Shown: positions 24,001-33,000 of the stretch, piece by piece
How positions within the stretch are numbered: position 1 is the first letter of the stretch
Layout of the letters: each line of letters opens with the position of its first letter
DNA from: Candidatus Thorarchaeota archaeon
GTDB taxonomy: Archaea > Asgardarchaeota > Thorarchaeia > Thorarchaeales > Thorarchaeaceae
Length of the DNA: 64,000 nt
Assembly: GCA_048882325.1 (NCBI GenBank)
Contig: JBHLRS010000006.1
Coordinates: 32,001 to 96,000, forward strand
Direction: 5' to 3'
The notes under the pieces: generated by a model
The model's input: the letters and a program-made list of their open reading frames with translations, nothing else
Told to the model about the DNA's origin: nothing
Database searches by the model: none
Program-made: the position numbers and the translations under genes

Positions 24001-27000
24001 TGTGTCACTTGAGCAAGAGAGCAATGGAACTTTTACCCATGCTACGAGATGCGCGTGAGTCAAGTTGTACGCTTGGTCGAAGAGTTCTATCTCATGTGAA
24101 AGTGTTTCTTCACCAATCGCGAATGCGATATCTCTACCATCAGGGCGGACATCTGTGCGGAGGTCTGTGTCGTATATGTCTATTAGAACTGGGAAGTTGG
24201 CAAGATCCTCTGCCACATTCTCATGACTGACTGTCAAGGTTTTCCTGTGATAGTATGGTAGTGTGAATCGATCTCCCTGATTTATAGTAGCTCCCGTATA
24301 CCAGGCTGAGCCTGATGGGTCTGTCAGCTCAAGAGCGATTGTTGACCCTGTAATCCACGAACTCCTTATTCTGAACTGGATGTCTTCACCCAATGTGAAC
24401 TGGTCGGTGGAAGAATAAGGTCCTCCACTTGGTCCAATTTGCATGTCAAGAATATGGTTTCTGTCTAGGAATTTGATTTGCCACATGCCATATTCATCAA
24501 TCGCTGTTGAAGCAACCGTTAGTCTACCATCAAAACATGTCCAATCCGATGCGTATGCTTTTTCAACACCTGAAGGGCTTGTAACAGAAAGTGGCCACCA
24601 ATCACCATCTGGATAGGAAATCTCGAATGAAATATCAACTATTTCAGACGGCGGGGAAATCAACACACCCGTAGTCCAAACTGGTACGCTTCCATTAGCA
24701 ATTGAGAAGGTTGTTCCTAGGCTGAAGTCATCTGCGTAGGTATAAAACGAAGTTTGGACTTCTAGTGTCAATTCAGCTCCAATTGTAACAGCAGACGCAG
24801 AGCTTGTTGTGAAAAGGTATTCTATACCGCTGATTTGTACCTCTGATCCAATAGAAAGGAAGGAGCTTGGATCGTTTTGATTGTTGTATTCCGTGATTAC
24901 CCAACCTGGAGATTGGACCGCAGTAGACACTCGAATTTCATCAAATTTCCCTAGAAAACGACTGGCGGTATCAAGTTGATTTCCTCCCCAAAGCCAATCA
25001 CCAAGACTTGCTAACTGTGTCCACTCTGTTGGTACATTTTCTGCGGCAAGAATCATTGGTGCTCCATCTAGGTAAATGATGACACTCTTTGTAGAATAGT
25101 CCAGTGTGAGCACAAGATGATGCCATACATTGTTTGTGAATGGGTCAGTGGCAAGGTTATAATCAATGCTGTTGCCACCCCAAGGATAGAAGAAGTGGTC
25201 ACCATCAGGTTGAACAGCCCATTCAAAGCCATCATCTTGTAGAAGTGTTGGTGGAGGAGCGGGATTCAATATGAACCGGTCACTGGTTGTCATAACTCGC
25301 TGATATCCTCCATCAGCGGAATCTACCCAATTGATCCATAATGAAAGAGTACCTGCGTATTTTACCGAATCCAGACTGGAACTTTCAGATACATTGATCA
25401 TGTCATCGACTCCATCCAACGCAAATCCACTTCCAATTTGCCCTGGAACGAGAGCTGAACCACTCATGGACCCCAAAGTTGCGCCATCATTATTGTATGG
25501 GCTACTATCATAAACTGTTCCTGTTGGAGTTTCCTCCAGATGCCACACACCTGCATAATTACCCCAGACCGCACTCGGATTTTCTTGAGCTGTCAAATCT
25601 GGGTTGCCATAATACATTGTGATTGTTGTGTCAACAGACGAGGAAAGGTCTGTTTTGACCCAGACCATTAGATGTGCATGTGTTGCATTATAGGTCTGGT
25701 CGAAGTAAGTAATCTCGTGTGGACACCAGCTTTGTCCGTTCCTGAACATGATGTCATCTCCATCAGATTGAACATCATTTCTAAGATCTGTGTCAAAGAT
25801 GTCAATGAGAACCGGGAAGTCAGTAAGGTCTGTAGCGACTTTTGCATGATCAACCACTAAATCCTTTTTGTATTGAAAATCAGTAGCTCGAGCTCTTGAT
25901 TGATATCCAACCCGGAGAGTTGTTTCCTCTCCTATTGAGTAGAAGCTTGACGGGTCATTTTGGTTTCTGTACTCTGTTGTAATCCAAGAGGCTGAGTGAG
26001 CAATACTTGAGATGCGGATTTCATCCATGGTGCCATTGACCATTCTGTCTAAATCAATTGTACCAGCTATGTTATCCACTGAGAGGGTGTTTGCACCTAC
26101 TGTTTCATCCTGTTGTATCCAAACACCATTAATATAGAGATCTCCAAAATCCCCTGACCTTACAAAAACAATATGCTGCCATGCATCCGCTACAACTGAA
26201 CTTGATGGGAAATCGAAATACTCAGCATCTGTAGCTGTTTCAACTCGTATCCTACCATTATAGTAAGAAATCCTATTAAGATAGGCATCTGCACCCATGA
26301 AATTGACTTCGCTATTGGGTCCCGGTGGAAATCCCACAGGATATACCCAAAATGAATAGGTTCCAGTGGACTGCGTATTAGAACTCTGCAAAGCAATGAA
26401 ATCATCTGTGCCGTCGAAATCATATCCATATCCCATGCGACCAGTAATTCCTTGAGTGGGTCCTCCCATTAAAGTACCATCTGGTCCACCAGAAACTGAA
26501 TCTCTCGAAACACCGGAGGTTTCTCCGAGATGCCAAACCCCCCAATAATTATCATTCCAGACACCATTCTGATTCTCCTGATTTGTTGCTGAGGGATTTC
26601 CGTAGAACATAGTAACAATCGTGTCAACTGTAGACGAGAGATTGGTCTTGACCCACGCAACAAGATGAGCATGCGTCGAGTTGTAGTTCTGATCAAAGAG
26701 CTCAATTTCATGTGGTAGGACTGTAGTACCAAGTTTGAAGATAATGTCATCACCATCTATCTGGACTTTTGCCCTCAAATCAGTGTCAAATAAATCAACA
26801 AGTAATGGGAAGTCTGTCAGGTCTGAGTCGACCTTCGTGTGGTCAACAGTTAAGTCCTTCTTGTAATCAAATTCGATAAGCTGCATTGATACTTCTGTAC
26901 CTACCGAATAGAAACCGGATGGATCGTTCTGATTTAGATACTCTGTCGCAATCCAGTCTGGGGAAAGAGAAACATTGAGGATTCTAAATTCTGAGATTGC

Positions 27001-30000
27001 TCCGGAGCCCCACATGTTTCCACCACTTAAATCGGACAGAATAGCTAATTGATTCCAGGTTAGGTGTGGATTTGCGTTATCTGCACTATTATCTTCCGCA
27101 TCCAATGTGCCATTCAAATAATGATATGCCCTTACCGCAGACATTGATCTTACCCATGCAAATTGGAACCATGTATCAGCTTCCCATGAACTCTTGCTTC
27201 CAGTACAGGTTTCGTCAATATCTGACGTGACCTCCATATGTGTCACGACCAAACCTGAACTCGCGGCAAATCTCATCAAAGGGTAGTCATTTGTTAGACT
27301 GTTTCCTCTGAAGAAGTGCATATCACTTCCTGGTGGGAAGACACTATCAAGGGCAAACCACGATTGAAATGTGAAATCATTTACAGGTCCTGAAATCCCG
27401 TTGATGCTAAATCTATCATCTAATCCATCCACAGCAATCGCAGTTCCTAGTTCACCGTCATATACCCTCTGGTCCGAACCAAATCCAGTTGCTGTCAGGT
27501 CATACCCATTAATTGTACTGTCTTTTATCAAGGAAGATGATGGATCTTGATTCATATGCCAAACCGCAACATAATTACTATTCCATACATCAGATGGATT
27601 CTCTTGATTACTTAAACCGGGATTTCCATAATACATCGAGATTGTTGTATCTACAGTGGAAGAAAGGTCAGTCTTGACCCAGGCGACAAGATGAGCATGC
27701 GTCGAGTTGTACGTCTGATTAAAGAGCTCTAGTTCGTGAGGCAATATTGTGTTGCCAATTGTGAAGATGATATCATCACCGTCAGATTGAGTCTTTGTCT
27801 GTAGATCACTATCAAAGATGTCAACAAGTAGTGGAAAGTCAACTAAATCTGCCGCAACTTTTGTATGATCAATGCTTATTTCTTTCTTGTAGTTGAATAC
27901 AAGGTCTTGAGATATTTCGGGACTGATTATACTTGTAGGTTCCGGACTCACAAAAGGTCTGAGAAACGCGTCATCTGCAATAACCGTGTTGGGTTCTGTC
28001 TGAGGTGCAGCCCAGTAAAAAACCGTACAGAACCTATCTATGCCCTCTGTTCCAAGATTTACTCCAGTTACTTCAATCTCAAGATTTCCGTCGAGCCATA
28101 ATCTAGCTTCACCGACAGTATCAGAGATCTTAGCCTGCATATCTAGTGTATGCCAAGAACCCGTGGAAATCGTACTTGTCGTTCCATAACCATATGCCTC
28201 ATCAACAACATCATTCCACATATACAGAGTCATGTCATCTCTAATTGTTACACTAAGTTGGTTTTGCCACACCGCGGAGGTGTCAACATATTGCATTATT
28301 GTGACATGATCGCTGGTGGAGAATCCTGCTGGTAGGTAGAAATGTACTCTTGCAAACAGATTCGATTTGTCACTGAAATCCTTCCAGACCATGGCTTGAG
28401 CGGCTGCCACATCGTCAACATCTCCCCTTACTGCATAGGTTCCGGAATGAACTGGAATCAGTGGTGTATTCAACACAATCAGTGTGTCACCAGTGTCTGT
28501 ATATGAACCATCCCAAGCGCTAAGATCCCCGCTCTCAAAACCATCATAGAATTGGAACACGTTCGTGTAGTCATTTGGTGGATTAGTAACAGTGGGATTT
28601 CCGTAGTATATGAAGTACTGATCATCGGAGGAGTATGCAGGAATATCCGTTTGAATTCTGAACCATATCTTTGCGGTCGCGGAATTCCAAGAAGAGTCAA
28701 AATCTAATATCCTGTCCAATTCAGTCAAACTTAGACCATTCCAGTACATTATCCGTAGATCATCACCATCAATTTGCGATTTCCCTGCAGCGACTAATGA
28801 TGCATGATCAATAGTCACTGAAGTCGTATATCCAGCAGGGACAAGTTCGGATCCTGAAGTAATGGTGACTTGCCTGCTGTATTCATATGTCACAGCAGTC
28901 GTGGTTTCAATTTCAACTGCATAGAATGAACTTGGGTCATTCTGGTTGTTAAATTCAGTAACAATCCATCCTAGATTTCTATAAGAGTTTGAAACCCGAA
29001 CCTCATCAATTCGGCCATCCCACTCTTGAATGAAACCAACTGACCCTGGATTATTGGCAATGTGAATTACTGATGTGCCCGTTTGAGTTGAGCCGGTGTA
29101 AGCTGCATTTCCACGCTCAACTCCATCAACATACAAGCGCAGTTCGCCAGTATCTGCATTTGCCACACCCGCAACATGATGCCACTGCCCATCATTCACC
29201 CAGCTTAGTGATGTTGTTACACTCTGAGTGTCGTCAACATAAAATGCGAGAGTCGAACTGTCCAATTTCCCTAGCCAATAGTTTCTGTGACCCACATCTC
29301 CCCATTTGGCGACTATCGCATCTGAAGAACCATCAATATTGTTTGTCCTTACCCACGCTTCTACCAGCATGTCTGAGGGAAGGACGAGTGAAGAGGAGTG
29401 AGGCGCTTCAATTCTGTCGTTGGTTGCCTCTCCGTAGAACTCAGAGCACCCGTCTATTTTCCCTGTCTGAAGAGTAGGTTCAGAGCCAAGTGGGTACCCT
29501 ATACCATCGTTTCCATTTGCTGTGCTATCGTAGACAGTCCCGGCTGGGTCTTCACTGAGATGCCACACAGCTGCAAAGGAAGTATCCCAGACACCATTGG
29601 GGTTTTCCTGACTCTCTGAACTGGAATCTCCATAGTACATCGATAGGACAGTATCAGTTGAAGCAGAGAGGTCAGCTCTCACCCAAGCGATAAGGTGTCC
29701 ATGCGAGGAATTGTATGATTGGTCAAACAGCTCAATCTCGTGCGGGAGTATCCATCCATCCTTCACAAACACAATGTCATCACCATCTGCTTGTACATCA
29801 AATCGAAGGTCTGCATCATAAAGATCGATAAGGACCGGAAATCCATAGAGGTCTGAGGCAACCTTGGTATGGTCGATGATGATGTCTTTCTTGTACATGA
29901 ATTCAAGTGGAACTTTCTTTGGAATTATGACCTCTTGCTCAACTCCCAGCGAATAGAAGCTGGACGGATCAAATTGGTTATTGTACTCTGTGAGAATCCA

Positions 30001-33000
30001 TGCAGGTGACCGTGCAACATACGATAATCGAAACTCATCGAGAGATCCATTAACGGGGGCTGAATCTCTGGATATCTGCAGGTCTCGGATGCTGGTGATG
30101 TCATCAACCATGCTTACGTCAACAGGAGTAGCAATCAAATTTCCGTCCATATAATATCTCATTAGATTATCAGATCTATCAACTGTCACAGCATAATAGA
30201 TCCATGCGTTGAGTGTAAAATCAACATAGGTGGATGATATTCTATCAACCCCATCGTTTACCAAGGCTTCGGTCTTTGTGGCGGCAGTATTTGTCGCAAG
30301 GGAATACCCTGGATCTGTCAATCCAGTAGATCCTTTGTATATTATATCTTGATAGTACCCTGTGCCACCGTCAAAGAATACCCAAATGCTGAAGGTCAAG
30401 TCGTTTGCTCCGAAATCAAGATCCCTATCCGCAGGATTTCCAAAATTAATGGAATCATCGATTCCATCCACATCATTTGCATTACCTATTTTACCAGATG
30501 CTCCTTGGGTGACACCTCCAAGAGGAATCCCATCATTATCATGTGCAGTTGAGTCGAGGGCATTACCACTAGTATCCCCAAGATGCCACACCCCAGCATA
30601 CGTGTAGCTCCATACCCCAACAGGATTTTCCTGACTCCCCATCGACGGATTGCTATAAAACATTGACAATACAGTATCAGTCGTGGATGAAAGGTCCATC
30701 CTCACCCAAGCTACCAAGTGAGCATGCGTAGAGTTGTATTGCTGGTCGAACAACTCTATTTCATGTGGAAGACTCCTGCCATTTGATGTGAACATTATGT
30801 CATCACCATCTGGTTGGACGTCTTTATGTAAGTCTGAGTCATAGATGTCAATCAATACTGGGAACCCTGTAAGATCAGATGCCACTTTATTATGGTCAAT
30901 AGTGATATCTTTCATATATCGAAAATTGACACCCTCTTCGCCTACTGTCAAAAATAATCCTGGATTTCTTTGATTATTGTATTGAGTTCTAATCCAGGCA
31001 TCTGATCTAGCAACAGTCGAAACCCGTACTTCATCAACAATACCATCAAAATAAGATGTTCCACCTGGATTATCGGACCTGCGACCAATTCTAAATGGAC
31101 GATTTGGATCATTCATAGATGCTGGTGTACCGGTTGTTATTTGGTCTACCAGCTCGCCATTCAAATAGAATCTCGCATATAATGAGGGTTGGAACACTCC
31201 CACGACATGGTACCATTGGCCAGTTTCAACACGTTCATAGCCAATGCTTGTGGTAGATACACCATCTGGACTAAATCTGAACATCACCCAACCTGCAGGA
31301 CTTATGGATGAATCAACGTCAAAACTGAGATCCCACCCACGGAAGTTGTTCTCAGCTGACTTGACAACAAGATAGTCATTATCAATAAAGTCCGCCTTGA
31401 ACCAAGATTCAACTGTGATTGCTCCAGTTATCTGCAGCTCTGCTGGATTTCCAAAATCAATGTAGTCGTTCACGCCCTCAAGATCAATAGCATTTCCAAA
31501 TTGACCGCTAACACTGTCACTAGATGTCATTGTCCCATAGGTTGAACCATCAAGACCTAGTAAAGTGCTATCAACGATTTGAGGTTGGTGCGGTAGATAA
31601 TCAGCTGATGTGGAATCCCATTGTGGTTGTGCAGGGTCATCATTCAGATGCCAAACAGCAGAATAGCCTGAGTCCCAGACATTCAGTGGATCTTCTTGAC
31701 TACCAAGGTCCTCGTCGCCATACACCATTACTAGGGTCGTGTCCTCAATAGATGACAAATACGGGACATTAACCCAGCAAACCAGATGTGCATGAGTTCC
31801 ATTTCCTTTCTTATCAAACAACTCAAGCTCATGAGGAATAATCTGGTCATTGTAAAGGAATGCGATGTCATCACCATCTGGCTGAACATCGATGTGTAGG
31901 TCCTCATCCCATATATCCACCAAGACTGGAAAGTTCTGAAGGTCTGAAACAACCCTAGTGTGGTCTATCACTAGGTTTTTGTTATATCGAAAGCTGGGAA
32001 TGGTATCACTCGGGTCTGGTGAGGTGAAGTCCACAAAGAGTCGCGCAAGATCTGCTTGTAAATACCCGCTTGAGCCCTTTATGTTGTAGTATTCGTAATC
32101 TGACGTGGAGTACGCGTAATCAATCATTATACAGATGTAGTTTCCGCTCTGCCAGCCGGGTCTCGAAACTACTTCCTGGATGAGAGCTGACACGTCGGGC
32201 GAGTCATATCTTCCGTTAGCGAGCCACGTTGTGGGACGCCAATAGATACTAGTGTTGACCCAATCATATCTGTCTTGGAGAAGAGGATATCCTGTTGTGA
32301 ATGCAGTCACATCATCCTCATCTGCGATATAGATCCTCACTCCAGGATTACCAGTTGCGTCGAAGGCGGCCTCCACTTGCAAAATAGCAGATGAGATTGT
32401 TGATCCTTGTGGCACATGTAATGGAAATTGAAGTCCGACGCTATATGGGTCTGCACTCGTCCAGTCGCCCGGTGTAAGTAAATCATTGCCAACATCTATG
32501 TAGCCATTGTCATCGTACCCATTCAGATCCACTCCACCAGCGCCCCAATTTGACGTATCACCACTATAACAGTCTCTGTTGCTCCCATCAGGAACATATG
32601 GTGAAACACTTCCCTGAGTTGAACCGGTTATTATAGCTCCGTTTGCTCGTAGGTCAATCTCCTCAGGAAACGGACGTACAAGAAATCTCAAATCAATTTC
32701 ATCAATGAATATTTCATGGACAGCAGCACCTGGAGGGTTTCCAATCATATCTGTTCCAAGACCAATGTCGAAAAGTAATGCGTTTTGAATTTCTATCGAC
32801 TGAAAATAGGATGAAGGAATTGTAGCCTTGGCTTCTAGCCATGTGTCTATGGGGGTGACGCTTTCAAACACATGGAACTTTGTAACATAGTCTTCCAACC
32901 TAGTAAAGACAAATATCATGTCATCCAAATTGGAAACACTCGAAACATAGTAACGGAATGTGATTTCCGCAGAGTAAACCTCCCTCCATGGAGCAGAGAT

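Noticed and set aside
24840-31992. Possible CRISPR array or DGR target suggested by the periodic repeats
   Set aside because: The period is about 1 kb and the repeats are in-frame protein modules. There is no short repeat-spacer structure, no cas gene, no reverse transcriptase, and no adenine-specific TR/VR pair seen.
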